This document shows, in pieces, positions 44,005-55,694 of a DNA stretch of 64,000 bases. This DNA is from an uncultured Rhodobacteraceae bacterium (GTDB lineage: Bacteria > Pseudomonadota > Alphaproteobacteria > Rhodobacterales > Rhodobacteraceae): NCBI GenBank assembly GCA_965657215.1, contig CBFHNR010000001.1, positions 35,146 to 99,145 of the forward strand. The letters are read 5' to 3'. The position numbers and the translations under genes were made by a program. The notes beneath the pieces are model-generated. The model was not told the DNA's origin, searched no databases, and saw only the letters and a list, made by a program, of their open reading frames with translations. Each line of letters begins with the position of its first letter. Position 1 is the first letter of the stretch.

Positions 44005-44310
44005 ATGATTGGTTTAGAACATTACCTGACAGTTGCAGCGACGCTGTTTGTCATTGGTATCTTTGGGCTCTTCCTGAACCGGAAGAACGTTATCATCCTT
44101 TTGATGTCGATTGAATTGATGCTGTTGTCTGTCAACATCAACTTGGTCGCGTTCTCAAGCTTTTTGGGCGACTTGGTTGGTCAGGTCTTTACCCTCTTTG
44201 TCTTGACCGTTGCTGCGGCTGAGGCGGCGATTGGTTTGGCGATTTTGGTTAGCTTCTTCCGCAACCGTGGCACAATCGCGGTCGAAGATGTTAACGTGAT
44301 GAAAGGGTAA
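44005..44310 (+). CDS. nuoK: NADH-quinone oxidoreductase subunit K
   Basis: 101 aa, 3 TM, ND4L family (...[16 protein letters not shown]). Confidence 0.95.
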   Translation: MIGLEHYLTVAATLFVIGIFGLFLNRKNVIILLMSIELMLLSVNINLVAFSSFLGDLVGQVFTLFVLTVAAAEAAIGLAILVSFFRNRGTIAVEDVNVMKG

Positions 44311-44316
44311 TTGAAC

Positions 44317-46389
44317 ATGGAAAAGATTATCCTATTTGCTCCACTCGTTGGCGCGTTGATCGCGGGCTTCGGCTGGCGCATCATTGGTGAAAAATCAGCA
44401 CAGTACCTGACAACAGGTCTGTTGTTCCTCGCCGCGGCGCTGAGCTGGATTGTGTTCTTGGGATTTGACGGGGAAACTCAGCATATCCCTATCTTGCGCT
44501 TTATTGAATCAGGTGCGCTATATACAGACTGGTCCATTCGCTTGGATCGCCTCACGACCATCATGTTGGTTGTTGTGAACTCCGTCTCGGCATTGGTGCA
44601 TCTCTATAGCTTTGGCTATATGGCGCATGATGAAAACTGGACCGATACAGAGAGCTATCGCGCCCGTTTCTTTGCCTATCTGTCGTTCTTTACCTTTGCG
44701 ATGTTGATGCTGATCACCTCTGACAACCTTGTCCAAATGTTCTTTGGCTGGGAAGGTGTGGGTGTTGCCTCCTATCTCTTGATTGGCTTCTATTATAAAA
44801 AGCCAAGCGCGAACGCGGCGGCGATCAAAGCCTTTGTTGTGAACCGTGTGGGTGACTTTGGTTTTGCTCTGGGTATTTTTGGATTGTTCTACCTCACAGG
44901 TAGCATTCGTTTTGACGATGTCTTTGCAGCGGCCCCTGCGCTTGCTGAGCAAGAGTTGCATTTCTTGTGGCGTGATTGGAACGCGGCGAACCTCTTGGCG
45001 TTCTTGTTGTTCATTGGCGCGATGGGTAAATCAGCTCAGTTGATCCTGCACACATGGTTGCCTGACGCGATGGAAGGGCCGACACCTGTCTCCGCCTTGA
45101 TCCATGCGGCGACTATGGTAACGGCGGGTGTGTTCCTTGTGTGTCGTATGTCACCACTCATGGAATTTGCACCTGAAGCGATGGCCTTCGTCACATTCCT
45201 CGGCGCGACAACTGCGTTTTTTGCGGCCACTGTTGGCTTGGTTCAAAACGATATCAAACGTGTGATTGCCTATTCAACCTGTTCGCAGTTGGGCTATATG
45301 TTCGTGGCTGCAGGCGTGGGCGTCTATTCGGTTGCGATGTTCCACTTGTTCACACATGCTTTCTTTAAGGCGATGTTGTTCTTGGGTGCGGGGTCTGTGA
45401 TCCACGCAATGCACCACGAGCAGGACATGCGGAACTATGGTGGTTTGCGCAAGAAAATTCCATTCACCTACTGGGCAATGATGATCGGAACCTTGGCTAT
45501 CACGGGTGTTGGTATTCCGCTCTCGGGTTGGATCGGCTTTGCCGGCTTTGCCTCCAAAGACGCCGTGATCGAGAGCGCCTATGCCGCCACAAAAGGGGGC
45601 TATGCCTTCTGGATGTTGGTGATCGCGGCCTTGTTCACATCGTTCTATAGCTGGCGTTTGATGTTTATGACCTTCTTTGGAACGGCGCGCGGTGACAAGC
45701 ACACGCATGATCACGCGCACGAAAGCCCCAAGGTTATGTTGATCCCACTGGGTGTCCTTGCGATTGGTGCGGTGTTTGCAGGTGCGATTTGGTATTCGGC
45801 GTTCTTCGGGAAAATAAACGAAGTTGTGAAATTCTTTGGCGGTCACTACGAAGAACCGGCCAAAGAGCTGGCTGCGGATGTTGCAGAGCGTAATCCAAAA
45901 GCGTCAAAGCTTAAGTATGTTATGGCGGATGCACCTGGTGAAGCGGCAATCTATATCAAGCCTGAAAACACCATCCTGCATGAGGCGCATTATGTCCCAA
46001 CATGGGTCAAGCTAAGCCCCTTCATCGCGATGTTGATTGGACTTGTGACGGCGCTTTGGTTCTATGTTTGGGATCCAAAAATGCCATCTCGCGTGGCCGA
46101 AGCAAATCGCCCCTTGTATTTGTTCTTGCTGAACAAATGGTACTTTGATGAAATCTATGATGCGATTTTCGTCAACCCTGCCAAAGCATTGGGTCGGTTC
46201 CTTTGGAAGCGCGGAGATACCAATATCATTGATGGGTCGATCAACGGGATTGCGATGGGGATTATTCCATTCTTTACCCGCCTCGCAGGACGCGCACAGT
46301 CTGGATATATCTTCACCTATGCCTTTGCGATGGTGATCGGCATCATTGTTCTAATCACTTGGATGAGCTTCAGCGGAGGAGCAAACTGA
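44317..46389 (+). CDS. nuoL: NADH-quinone oxidoreductase subunit L
   Basis: ATG 44317 ([17 protein letters not shown]) is preferred over TTG 44311. ND5-type antiporter-like subunit with a C-terminal lateral-helix region. Confidence 0.95.
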   Translation: MEKIILFAPLVGALIAGFGWRIIGEKSAQYLTTGLLFLAAALSWIVFLGFDGETQHIPILRFIESGALYTDWSIRLDRLTTIMLVVVNSVSALVHLYSFGYMAHDENWTDTESYRARFFAYLSFFTFAMLMLITSDNLVQMFFGWEGVGVASYLLIGFYYKKPSANAAAIKAFVVNRVGDFGFALGIFGLFYLTGSIRFDDVFAAAPALAEQELHFLWRDWNAANLLAFLLFIGAMGKSAQLILHTWLPDAMEGPTPVSALIHAATMVTAGVFLVCRMSPLMEFAPEAMAFVTFLGATTAFFAATVGLVQNDIKRVIAYSTCSQLGYMFVAAGVGVYSVAMFHLFTHAFFKAMLFLGAGSVIHAMHHEQDMRNYGGLRKKIPFTYWAMMIGTLAITGVGIPLSGWIGFAGFASKDAVIESAYAATKGGYAFWMLVIAALFTSFYSWRLMFMTFFGTARGDKHTHDHAHESPKVMLIPLGVLAIGAVFAGAIWYSAFFGKINEVVKFFGGHYEEPAKELAADVAERNPKASKLKYVMADAPGEAAIYIKPENTILHEAHYVPTWVKLSPFIAMLIGLVTALWFYVWDPKMPSRVAEANRPLYLFLLNKWYFDEIYDAIFVNPAKALGRFLWKRGDTNIIDGSINGIAMGIIPFFTRLAGRAQSGYIFTYAFAMVIGIIVLITWMSFSGGAN

Positions 46390-46390
46390 A

Positions 46391-47938
46391 ATGGATAACC
46401 TACTTCTTTCCATTGTCACATTTGTGCCAGCGCTCGCAGCGTTGATCCTATTGGTTGTTGCGCGTGGCGACGACGAGGCGGCGGGCTTGGTTGCCAAGCG
46501 GTTTGCTTTGGTGACAACTGTTGCGACGTTCCTCATCTCATTGATGATCCTTGCTCAGTTTGATCCATCAAACACAGGCATGCAAATGGTCGAAGAGACC
46601 ACATGGATCATGGGGCTGAATTACAAAATGGGCGTTGACGGGATTAGCGTTCTCTTTGTGATGCTAACGACCTTTATGATGCCTTTGGTTATTTATGCAA
46701 GCTGGGGCGTGAACACCCGCGTCAAAGAATACATGATCGCCTTCTTGTTGCTTGAAACACTTATGTTGGGTGTGTTCATGGCGCTCGATTTGGTGCTCTT
46801 TTACCTCTTCTTTGAGGCGGGGTTGATCCCGATGTTCCTCATTATTGGGATCTGGGGTGGCAAGAACCGTATTTACGCATCGTTTAAATTCTTCCTCTAC
46901 ACCTTGCTTGGCTCGGTTTTGATGTTGGTTGCAATGATTGCAATGTATGCGGATGCAGGCACGACAGATATTCCGACATTGATGACACATCAATTCGCAT
47001 ATCAGGACTTTAGCGTTCTGGGCATTCAGGTCGTGGGTGGTTTGCAAACGATGATGTTCCTTGCCTTCTTTGCAAGCTTTGCCGTCAAAATGCCAATGTG
47101 GCCTGTTCATACATGGCTACCCGATGCGCACGTTCAGGCGCCGACAGCGGGCTCCGTTGTCCTTGCGGCGATCTTGTTGAAAATGGGTGGCTATGGGTTC
47201 TTGCGGTTCTCTTTGCCGATGTTCCCAGTTGGATCCGCGGTCATGACCGATTTGGTGTTCTGGATGTCGGCGATTGCGATTGTCTACACATCTTTGGTCG
47301 CCTTGGTCCAAGAAGACATTAAAAAGCTCATTGCCTATTCATCCGTGGCCCACATGGGCTATGTGACGATGGGGATATTCACTGTTAACCAACAGGGTCT
47401 TGATGGCGCGATTTTCCAAATGATCAGTCACGGCTTTATCTCGGGGGCTTTGTTCCTCTGTGTTGGGGTGATTTATGATCGCATGCACACACGCGAGATT
47501 GATGCCTATGGCGGCTTGGTCAACCGTATGCCCGCTTATGCGTTGATCTTTATGTTCTTTACGATGGCCAATGTTGGCTTGCCGGGGACATCTGGGTTTG
47601 TGGGCGAATTCCTTGTGCTTATGGGGATTTTCCAAGAAAACACATGGGTGGCAGCGATTGCGACCTCTGGCGTGATCTTGTCAGCGGCCTATGCGCTTTG
47701 GCTCTATCGTCGGGTGGTCTTGGGGGACTTGATCAAGGAATCCTTGCGCACGATGTCTGACATGACCAGCCGTGAGCGTCTGATTTTTGCCCCACTCGTT
47801 GTTATGACGTTGTTGTTGGGGGTCTATCCCGCATTGGTTCTCGACCTGATTGGCCCCTCTGTAGAAGCCTTGGTTATTAACTTTGACACTGCACTCGACG
47901 CGGCTGATTACGTCGCCGATGCAGCTCTATCGCACTAA
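46391..47938 (+). CDS. nuoM: NADH-quinone oxidoreductase subunit M
   Basis: 515 aa, ND4-type antiporter-like subunit. Confidence 0.95.
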   Translation: MDNLLLSIVTFVPALAALILLVVARGDDEAAGLVAKRFALVTTVATFLISLMILAQFDPSNTGMQMVEETTWIMGLNYKMGVDGISVLFVMLTTFMMPLVIYASWGVNTRVKEYMIAFLLLETLMLGVFMALDLVLFYLFFEAGLIPMFLIIGIWGGKNRIYASFKFFLYTLLGSVLMLVAMIAMYADAGTTDIPTLMTHQFAYQDFSVLGIQVVGGLQTMMFLAFFASFAVKMPMWPVHTWLPDAHVQAPTAGSVVLAAILLKMGGYGFLRFSLPMFPVGSAVMTDLVFWMSAIAIVYTSLVALVQEDIKKLIAYSSVAHMGYVTMGIFTVNQQGLDGAIFQMISHGFISGALFLCVGVIYDRMHTREIDAYGGLVNRMPAYALIFMFFTMANVGLPGTSGFVGEFLVLMGIFQENTWVAAIATSGVILSAAYALWLYRRVVLGDLIKESLRTMSDMTSRERLIFAPLVVMTLLLGVYPALVLDLIGPSVEALVINFDTALDAADYVADAALSH

Positions 47939-47955
47939 CAGGAGCAAGACACAAA

Positions 47956-49398
47956 ATGATCCAAGCTGATCTAAATATTATCCTGCCGGAAATCATGCTT
48001 TCGGTTTTTGCGATGGGTGCATTGTTGGTTGCCGTCTACACAGGCAAAGACAAATTGGCCGCGACGCTCACATGGGCAACAGCCGCGGTATTTGGCGTCA
48101 TTGCCTTTTGGATCGCCACAGCAGGGAGCGGTTCAAACATCGCCTTTAGTGGGATGTTCATTGATGATGGATTTTCGCGCTTTGCCAAGGTCACGATCCT
48201 CTTGTCGGCCGCTGCGGTCTTGGTCTTGAGCCAAGATTACATGACCCGGCGCGGTATGTTGAAATTTGAATACCCTGTTTTGATCGCTTTGGCGGTCGTG
48301 GGTATGATGATGATGGTCTCTGCTGGGGACTTGATGTCGCTTTATATGGGGCTCGAATTGCAATCCTTGGCGCTCTATGTGGTTGCCTCTTTCCGTCGTG
48401 ACAGCCTCAAATCAACAGAAGCCGGGATGAAGTATTTCGTCCTTGGTGCCTTGTCCTCTGGTTTGCTATTGTTCGGTGCGTCCTTGGTGTATGGCTTTGC
48501 GGGAACGACAACCTTTTCTGGTATCATTACTGCAGCAGGCGAGGGTTACGCACCCGTTGGCTTGTTGATCGGTCTTGTCTTGGTCATCTCAGGACTTGCG
48601 TTTAAAATTTCAGCAGTGCCGTTCCACATGTGGACGCCTGATGTCTATGAAGGATCGCCAACACCTGTGACCGCATTCTTTGCAACGGCGCCGAAGGTTG
48701 CGGCCTTGGCTTTGTTTGCGCGGGTGATGCATGATGCCTTTGGTCAAAGCGTTGGCGACTGGCAACAAGTGATCGTTCTGATGTCCGTGCTCTCTATGTT
48801 CCTCGGTGCGATTGCGGCGATTGGTCAGACAAATATCAAACGTTTGATGGCTTATTCCTCTATTGCCCATATGGGTTACGCGATGATGGGCTTGGCGGCT
48901 GGAACTGAATTCGGCGTTCAATCTATGTTGGTCTATGTTGTGATCTACGTCACTATGAACATCGGAACATTTGCCTTTATCATGAGCATGGAAAAAGATG
49001 GACAGCCTGTTACGGATATTGCGGCGATGAACATGTTGTCCAAGACCGATCCAACCAAAGCGATTGCTATGTTGGTGATGCTCTTCAGCTTGGCCGGTGT
49101 TCCGCCGATGCTTGGCTTCTTTGGCAAATTTTATGTGTTGCAGGCGGCCTTTGATGCAGGTCTTGTCTGGTTGGCTGTTTTGGGTGTGATTGCCTCGGTC
49201 ATTGGTGCATTCTATTACCTGCGGATCGTCTACTTTATGTACTTTGGCGAAGAGCAAGAGGTTGCATTGGATCGAACAACCTATCCCGTTTTGAATGGAA
49301 TGCTTGTTGTTTCAGCGATCATCATGGTTGTTGGTATCGTGAATATGTTCGGTATCGAAAGTGTTGCACAGTCTGCGGCGGCGGCTCTTGTCAACTAA
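47956..49398 (+). CDS. nuoN: NADH-quinone oxidoreductase subunit N
   Basis: 480 aa, ND2-type antiporter-like subunit. Confidence 0.95.
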   Translation: MIQADLNIILPEIMLSVFAMGALLVAVYTGKDKLAATLTWATAAVFGVIAFWIATAGSGSNIAFSGMFIDDGFSRFAKVTILLSAAAVLVLSQDYMTRRGMLKFEYPVLIALAVVGMMMMVSAGDLMSLYMGLELQSLALYVVASFRRDSLKSTEAGMKYFVLGALSSGLLLFGASLVYGFAGTTTFSGIITAAGEGYAPVGLLIGLVLVISGLAFKISAVPFHMWTPDVYEGSPTPVTAFFATAPKVAALALFARVMHDAFGQSVGDWQQVIVLMSVLSMFLGAIAAIGQTNIKRLMAYSSIAHMGYAMMGLAAGTEFGVQSMLVYVVIYVTMNIGTFAFIMSMEKDGQPVTDIAAMNMLSKTDPTKAIAMLVMLFSLAGVPPMLGFFGKFYVLQAAFDAGLVWLAVLGVIASVIGAFYYLRIVYFMYFGEEQEVALDRTTYPVLNGMLVVSAIIMVVGIVNMFGIESVAQSAAAALVN

Positions 49399-50140
49399 CT
49401 TCCCTGATGGCTATGGCAAAACAGTGTTGTCCGAAGTGGATAGCACAAATGCCCACGCCCTCAGAATTTCCAAAATAGCGCGAGGCCCAGAATGGATTTT
49501 GGGCCTCAAGCAAACACAAGGACGCGGAAGACGTGGACGCCCTTGGGCCGATCCGACTGGAAATTTTGCTGCGACCTTATTGCTTTTCCCAAATGACGCC
49601 TTGGATCAAATTGCGCTGCGCTCCTTTGTTGCCGCTTGCGCCTTGTATCAGACGTTTACTGATGTGTTGGGGAATAAAGCCGAGCTGTCCCTGAAATGGC
49701 CAAATGACGTTTTGCTGAATGATCGAAAAGTGGCAGGCATCTTGTTAGAAACCCAGATCCTCGGCCCGCAGTCCGTTGCTTTGGCAATTGGGATGGGGGT
49801 CAATCTGCGCCATGCTCCGCAACCAGATCAGTTAGAGGCCCGCGCCGTAGCGCCCGTGTCGATTTGGGAACAGACCCAAGTCAACATCACACCAGAGGCG
49901 TTTTTGGACACGCTTGCCACGCAGTACCACGCCTTTGAAACCCAGTTCACGACCTTAGGGTTCGCACCCATTCGTGCCTTTTGGCTCTCACATGCCGCGC
50001 GGCTGGGGGAGGTGATCACCGCACGGGTTGCAGATCGTGAAATTACTGGAACCTTTGACACCGTCGATGAAACGGGGCATTTGATCTTGGTAACGGATCA
50101 AGGTCGCGAAACGATTGCGGCTGCGGATATCTTTTTCTAG
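49361..50140 (+). CDS. birA: biotin--[acetyl-CoA-carboxylase] ligase (no N-terminal HTH domain)
   Basis: Motifs EVDSTNA and GRGRRGRPW. There is no in-frame ATG after the nuoN stop, so a GTG/TTG start overlapping nuoN (49361-49391) is required. The exact start is uncertain. Confidence 0.85.
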   Translation: MLHSLRRRLLSTNFPDGYGKTVLSEVDSTNAHALRISKIARGPEWILGLKQTQGRGRRGRPWADPTGNFAATLLLFPNDALDQIALRSFVAACALYQTFTDVLGNKAELSLKWPNDVLLNDRKVAGILLETQILGPQSVALAIGMGVNLRHAPQPDQLEARAVAPVSIWEQTQVNITPEAFLDTLATQYHAFETQFTTLGFAPIRAFWLSHAARLGEVITARVADREITGTFDTVDETGHLILVTDQGRETIAAADIFF

Positions 50141-50149
50141 GGGGCGCTT

Positions 50150-50929
50150 ATGTTATTGGCGATTGATTGCGGAAATACCAATACGCTGTTTTCGATTTGG
50201 AACGGGTCCGAGTTCATTGCAACTTGGCGCACGGCAACGGAACACCAACGCACAGCTGATCAATATTACGTCTGGCTCAGCACCTTGATGACCCTGCAAA
50301 ACATTGAAGCCGATATTACGGATGTGATCATTTCCTCTACGGTTCCGCGCGTTGTGTTTAACTTGCGCGTTTTGGCAGATCGCTATTTCAACTCACGTCC
50401 CTTAGTCGTTGGGAAACCTGACTGTGACTTGCCCGTATCTGTTCGCGTGGATGAAGGCACCTCCGTGGGACCAGACCGGATCGTCAACACAGTCGCGGGC
50501 TATGACCTTTATGGCGGTGATTTGATTGTGGTCGATTTCGGCACGGCAACGACCTTTGATGTTGTAGATCACGACGGAGCCTATATAGGTGGTGTGATCG
50601 CCCCAGGTGTGAATTTATCCCTTCAGGCGCTTCACCAAGCGGCGGCGGCTCTGCCACATGTGGATATCGCCCGACCGCAAAAGGTGATAGGCACAAACAC
50701 AGTAGCCTGCATGCAATCCGGTGTCTTTTGGGGGTATGTGGGCTTGATCAAGGAAATATGTACCCGCATCAAAGGGGAGCATGACAGCGACATGAAAGTG
50801 ATCGCAACAGGGGGGCTTGCCCCTTTGTTTCAAGCGTCAGATGCCCTATTTGATGCATTCGAAGATGATTTGACGATCCATGGATTGAGATTAATCCATG
50901 ATCACAACAAAAGAACGGAAATTAAATGA
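50150..50929 (+). CDS. coaX: type III pantothenate kinase
   Basis: 259 aa with LLAIDCGNTNT and GGVIAPG motifs. Confidence 0.93.
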   Translation: MLLAIDCGNTNTLFSIWNGSEFIATWRTATEHQRTADQYYVWLSTLMTLQNIEADITDVIISSTVPRVVFNLRVLADRYFNSRPLVVGKPDCDLPVSVRVDEGTSVGPDRIVNTVAGYDLYGGDLIVVDFGTATTFDVVDHDGAYIGGVIAPGVNLSLQALHQAAAALPHVDIARPQKVIGTNTVACMQSGVFWGYVGLIKEICTRIKGEHDSDMKVIATGGLAPLFQASDALFDAFEDDLTIHGLRLIHDHNKRTEIK

Positions 50930-52593
50930 GCAGTGATCGACTAATTTATTTGCCTTTGGGGGGTGCTGGTGAAATCGGCATGAACGCCTATGTCTATGGC
51001 TATGGTCCAGAGGGCAAAGAGAAATTGATCGTTGTTGACCTTGGCGTGACCTTCCCTGACATGGATAGTAGCCCCGGTGTTGACCTCATTTTGCCAGATG
51101 TGACCTGGCTCAAAGAGCGCCGCAATGACATTGAGGCAATCTTTATCACCCACGCACACGAAGACCATGTGGGCGCTGTTGGGCATCTTTGGGATGATCT
51201 GGGCGCGCCTATTTATGCGCGCACCTTCACGGCCAATATTGCGCGTCGCAAGATGACGGATCACGGGCATAGTGATCGCACGGTGAATACAGTGTCCAAA
51301 TGGCCGGAAACCACAAAGGCGGGACCGTTTACCGTTGGATTTTTGCCCATTTCGCATTCCATCCCAGAAAGTAGCGCTTTGGTCATTGATACTCCAGAGG
51401 GGCGTTTGATCCACACAGGGGATTTCAAATTGGATACTACGCCGATTGTTGGCGAAGCCTTTGATCCAGAGCTCTGGGCCGAGGTGTCTAAATCCGGGGT
51501 CAAAGCCTTGGTCTGTGACAGCACGAATGTATTTTCCCATCACGAAGGCCGCTCTGAGGCGACGGTTGGTCCAGAGATTGAAAAATTGGTGCAATCCGCG
51601 CCATCTATGGTGGTGGCAACGACATTTGCCAGCAATGTCGCACGGGTGAAAACCTTGGCAGAAGCGGGCGCACGGGCAGGGCGGTCCATATGCCTTATGG
51701 GACGCGCTATGCGCCGCATGATCGAAGCCTCGATTGAGACAGGCGTTTTAACGGATTTCCCACCTGTGGTGTCACCTGAGGACGCGGTGAATATCCCGCG
51801 TTCAAATCTCATGCTCTTGGTCACAGGGAGCCAAGGGGAACGCCGCGCCGCCAGTGCGCAGCTAGCCAATGGTAAATTTCAAGGCATGGTCCTCAAAGAG
51901 GGAGATTTGTTCCTCTTTTCATCCAAGACTATTCCAGGCAATGAACGCGGTGTGATCCGCATTCTCAATCAGCTCTCTGAAAAAGGTGTCGATATTGTGG
52001 ATGATAGCATGGGGCAATATCACGTCTCAGGCCACGCAAACCGACCTGATTTGTTGAAAATGCACGATATTGTTCAGCCGCAAATGGTTATCCCAATGCA
52101 TGGCGAACACCGTCACTTGCGCGAACATAGCAAGCTTGCACGTGAAAACGGGCGCGAGTCAGTTATCTGTGTGAACGGCATGATGCTTGATCTCTCAGGA
52201 AACAAACCCAAGGTTGCCGAATACATCGATACGGGCCGCCGCTATGTAGATGGGTCAACGCAATATGGCGCGATGGATGGGATCGTTCGAGATCGTATCC
52301 GCATGGCGTTGAATGGCCATGTGATCGTGACTGTCATTTTGGACGAAGATGATGAGCTCTTGGGTGAACCTTGGTGCGATATCAAAGGCCTGCCCGAAGT
52401 TGGTCGATCAAACGCGCCACTTGTTGATGCCTTAGAAGAAGACCTAAGCCAGTTCATCGGACGTGCGAATGCGAAAACTGTGACCGATGATGACAAACTC
52501 GAAGAGGGGCTGCGCCGTGTCGCGCGTCAAACGACCCTCAACGAAATAGGTAAAAAACCAGAAGTCAGCATCGTCATCAGCCGTTTGATGTAA
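50926..52593 (+). CDS. rnj: ribonuclease J
   Basis: 555 aa, MBL/beta-CASP architecture with HAHEDHVGA and the later HVSGHA block. ATGA overlap with coaX. Confidence 0.92.
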   Translation: MSSDRLIYLPLGGAGEIGMNAYVYGYGPEGKEKLIVVDLGVTFPDMDSSPGVDLILPDVTWLKERRNDIEAIFITHAHEDHVGAVGHLWDDLGAPIYARTFTANIARRKMTDHGHSDRTVNTVSKWPETTKAGPFTVGFLPISHSIPESSALVIDTPEGRLIHTGDFKLDTTPIVGEAFDPELWAEVSKSGVKALVCDSTNVFSHHEGRSEATVGPEIEKLVQSAPSMVVATTFASNVARVKTLAEAGARAGRSICLMGRAMRRMIEASIETGVLTDFPPVVSPEDAVNIPRSNLMLLVTGSQGERRAASAQLANGKFQGMVLKEGDLFLFSSKTIPGNERGVIRILNQLSEKGVDIVDDSMGQYHVSGHANRPDLLKMHDIVQPQMVIPMHGEHRHLREHSKLARENGRESVICVNGMMLDLSGNKPKVAEYIDTGRRYVDGSTQYGAMDGIVRDRIRMALNGHVIVTVILDEDDELLGEPWCDIKGLPEVGRSNAPLVDALEEDLSQFIGRANAKTVTDDDKLEEGLRRVARQTTLNEIGKKPEVSIVISRLM

Positions 52594-53061
52594 TCAGACG
52601 CGATTGTCCTGAAGCCAAGTGCGAAAAGCAACAAGATCGGATGAAAAACGTTCGATCTTGTCAGCAGGCCAGTTTTCAAAACAATTCAATACATCTGGCA
52701 AAAGCGCGGCTCTCAGACGACCAATAAAGGCGGCTCCGTCCGGCGTCATAACGATGGTTTTTTGACGTTTGTCGTTTTCTACGGTTGTGACTGTCAATAT
52801 CCCACGGCCAGCAAATTTTTTGACTGTTTTTGTAACAGCGGGTTGCAGAACCTCAACAGCTTGGGAAATTTGACCAACTGACGTCCCCTCTGGGCCCATC
52901 TGAAGAATGTAATCCAAAATTGTAAACTGGGGAAAGGTAACATCCAAATCGCTAAGCAATTGAGCGAGGCGATTGTTATAAACCTGCGTCAACCGTCCCA
53001 ATTCAAGGGAAAGTGACATGGCTTGATCCATTTGAAGTCGTGAACTTTTGGGCATGTGCAT
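52594..53061 (-). CDS. MarR family transcriptional regulator
   Basis: About 155 aa with a winged-HTH core (TFPQFTILDYIL...GTSVGQISQAVEVLQPAVTKTVKKFAGRGIL). ATG 53055 is an alternative start. Confidence 0.8.
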   Translation of the reverse strand: MHMPKSSRLQMDQAMSLSLELGRLTQVYNNRLAQLLSDLDVTFPQFTILDYILQMGPEGTSVGQISQAVEVLQPAVTKTVKKFAGRGILTVTTVENDKRQKTIVMTPDGAAFIGRLRAALLPDVLNCFENWPADKIERFSSDLVAFRTWLQDNRV

Positions 53062-53109
53062 TCCGATCTGTCATTCGTCGGAATACACTGCAAGTTTTAT
53101 GCCAGTCGG

Positions 53110-54516
53110 TTAGCTTGCGCGCCGCTCATCAAAGCTAAGGGCGATAAAGCTGGGAAGATGATCCCCCATGCCAACCACTTGGGTGCGATCATTGGCTTTG
53201 CCTCGCGTATTGTTGTTCTTGGGGCGCTCACGACGATTGACTGGTTTTTCTTGGGACGCTTCAGGGGTCTCAACCGCTGTTGGTTCAACAGATGTCTCTG
53301 CTTTCGCCTTGCGAGGTTGGGCTTTGGGCTGGGCCTTGCGCGGTTCACGCTCTTCGGTCGGGGCGCTTTTGATCGGGTTCTCGAGGCGTGGGATTTCCCT
53401 CTGCATCAAAGCTTCGATCGCCTCGAAATTCTTTTCATCCCGAGGTGTGCAAATCATCACAGCCTTGCCATCACGTCCTGCGCGACCTGTGCGGCCGATA
53501 CGGTGTACGTAATCTTCGGCATGGCTTGGCACATCAAAGTTGAACACATGGCTCACCGAAGGAACATCCAAGCCGCGTGCGGCGACATCTGAGGCCACGA
53601 GTACGCGCAATTTACCTGCACGAAAATCGTCCAAGGTCTTCGTGCGTTGGCTTTGATCCAAATCGCCGTGAATAGGGGCCGCTTGGACGCCATATTTGTT
53701 CAATGACTTGGCACAGACATCAACGTCGACTTTGCGATTACAAAAAACGACGGCATTGACGCATTTGTCGCCTTCGTTTTGAATCAAGGTGCGGAGAACT
53801 TTGCGTTTCTCGGACCCCTCACGATCGCGACGCGAGGCTTTGAACATGACAACGCCTTGTTCAATGTTTTCAGAGGCTGTTGCCTGACGGGCGACTTCAA
53901 CACGTGTTGGGGCCGACAGGAACATATTGGTGATCCGCTCGATTTCAGGCGCCATTGTCGCAGAAAAGAACAAAGTCTGGCGTGTGAATGGCGTGAGATT
54001 AAAGATGCGCTCAATATCAGGGATAAAGCCCATATCCAACATACGGTCTGCTTCGTCGACAACCATGATTTGAACACCAGTCAACAAAAGCTTGCCGCGT
54101 TCAAAATGGTCCAATAGGCGACCCGGTGTGGCGATCAAAACATCGACACCTTTGTCGATGAGCTGATCTTGTTCTTTAAAGCTCACACCGCCAATAAGCA
54201 GAGCTTTCGTCAGTTTGAGGTTTTTTGAATACACATCAAAGTTCTCGGCAACTTGCGCCGCCAATTCACGCGTTGGGCATAGAACCAATGAGCGCGGCAT
54301 GCGGGCACGGGCGCGACCGCGGGCCAGCATGTGTATCATAGGAAGGGTAAAACTGGCGGTTTTTCCGGTTCCAGTTTGGGCAATACCTAAAACATCCTTG
54401 CCTTCAAGTGCGGAAGGGATTGCCCCTTCTTGGATCGGAGTGGGGCTTTCGTAGCCTGCCTCTTCAATAGCTTTAAGGATCTTGGGGTTTAGGTTTAGGT
54501 CAGAGAATTTTGTCAT
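53110..54516 (-). CDS. DEAD-box ATP-dependent RNA helicase (RhlE-like)
   Basis: Q-motif, AQTGTGKT, VDEADRMLDMGF, SAT and HRIGRTGRAG motifs, plus a basic/Pro/Glu-rich C-terminal tail. Confidence 0.93.
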   Translation of the reverse strand: MTKFSDLNLNPKILKAIEEAGYESPTPIQEGAIPSALEGKDVLGIAQTGTGKTASFTLPMIHMLARGRARARMPRSLVLCPTRELAAQVAENFDVYSKNLKLTKALLIGGVSFKEQDQLIDKGVDVLIATPGRLLDHFERGKLLLTGVQIMVVDEADRMLDMGFIPDIERIFNLTPFTRQTLFFSATMAPEIERITNMFLSAPTRVEVARQATASENIEQGVVMFKASRRDREGSEKRKVLRTLIQNEGDKCVNAVVFCNRKVDVDVCAKSLNKYGVQAAPIHGDLDQSQRTKTLDDFRAGKLRVLVASDVAARGLDVPSVSHVFNFDVPSHAEDYVHRIGRTGRAGRDGKAVMICTPRDEKNFEAIEALMQREIPRLENPIKSAPTEEREPRKAQPKAQPRKAKAETSVEPTAVETPEASQEKPVNRRERPKNNNTRGKANDRTQVVGMGDHLPSFIALSFDERRAS

Positions 54517-54640
54517 CTGCGTCCGTAATTTACGGACATATCTTAGCCCGTATCGTCTGATGTAGATCCAGGCCCGTGCGGCCCTGCCATTCTTGCATTC
54601 AAGGATCTGATCGGTTCATACATGAAAGTAGGGGCGCGGG

Positions 54641-55636
54641 TCAATCCGCATTGACACGGCGCGCTGTTGCTTGGGCCGCATCGGGGAAATAGTGGGCGAT
54701 ATTGTGTTCAAATTGCATATCAATGCGCCGCAAAAGGTTAAAATTCGCCAATCTCTTTTGCAAATCGGGGGTGGCAACACAAAGAGCGTCGTAAAGCCGT
54801 TTTACGCCTTCGCGTCCTTCGCTTTGTTCAATGTCATCCAGCACTTTCCACACAGGTGGAAGTTTTCTGGGGCCTATCGTTTTTTCTGAATTAATAGGAC
54901 GATAGGATCCCTCGCGTCTGCGCAGCTCGTAAAGCTGTTCAAATTGATCCCATGGTGTCACGTGAAAATGGGCCAATTCATATCCACGCAGGTACACGGT
55001 GTCAGCATCAGCCTGTTGTGATTTTACGTGGTGAATTCCGACCTTGATCGGTGTCTCTGTGACACGGAACATCGACTTGCCGTTCTTATGGGATAAAAAC
55101 CCACCGATGATCTGATCGCCGTAGTCTGGAAACACTTCGGGGGAGAGCCGCATTCGGCGACCAAAGGGAAACATGAGTGCTTTGAAAAAATGGACATCTG
55201 AATGGGTGGGTGCAGGGGATATCAAATTCTCTATCGGTGAAATGCGAACCGCGACAAGCTCCTCTGGGAGCCTCTTGAGTTTTTGGCTAATCGATAGTTT
55301 TGCAGCGTGATTGACGATGAATTCATCGATATCAATGTGGGCCACCCATTTGAGGTTGCGTCTTGTGGCGTGCAATTGGCCAAGTGCGTGGTTGATATTG
55401 GCAATTTGGCGGCCTTCGATGCTGCTTGGTCGATTACCATGCTGGGACCAATAGGCACTATCTGTGGGAATGATCCGAACATCTAAATCATCGGCAAAAT
55501 AGGCGATGGTGTCGGGATCTGGCTCATCCAAATAGATGACAAAATAGCTCGCTCCCATCGAGAGATGATGTGCGACGAATTTGATAACTTCGTACAGGGG
55601 TGCCTTAACTGTAGACACCACACCCCAAGCGGCCAT
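54641..55636 (-). CDS. GT-A fold glycosyltransferase (family 2/92-like)
   Basis: About 331 aa starting at MAAWGVVSTVKAP after TAGGGA. Motifs YLDEPDPD and HIDIDEFIV are DxD-type. Confidence 0.6.
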   Translation of the reverse strand: MAAWGVVSTVKAPLYEVIKFVAHHLSMGASYFVIYLDEPDPDTIAYFADDLDVRIIPTDSAYWSQHGNRPSSIEGRQIANINHALGQLHATRRNLKWVAHIDIDEFIVNHAAKLSISQKLKRLPEELVAVRISPIENLISPAPTHSDVHFFKALMFPFGRRMRLSPEVFPDYGDQIIGGFLSHKNGKSMFRVTETPIKVGIHHVKSQQADADTVYLRGYELAHFHVTPWDQFEQLYELRRREGSYRPINSEKTIGPRKLPPVWKVLDDIEQSEGREGVKRLYDALCVATPDLQKRLANFNLLRRIDMQFEHNIAHYFPDAAQATARRVNAD

Positions 55637-55694
55637 GACAAATATCCCTAACAATTACCTATACGGTAATTGGTATGGTTTTATCTATCAATAG

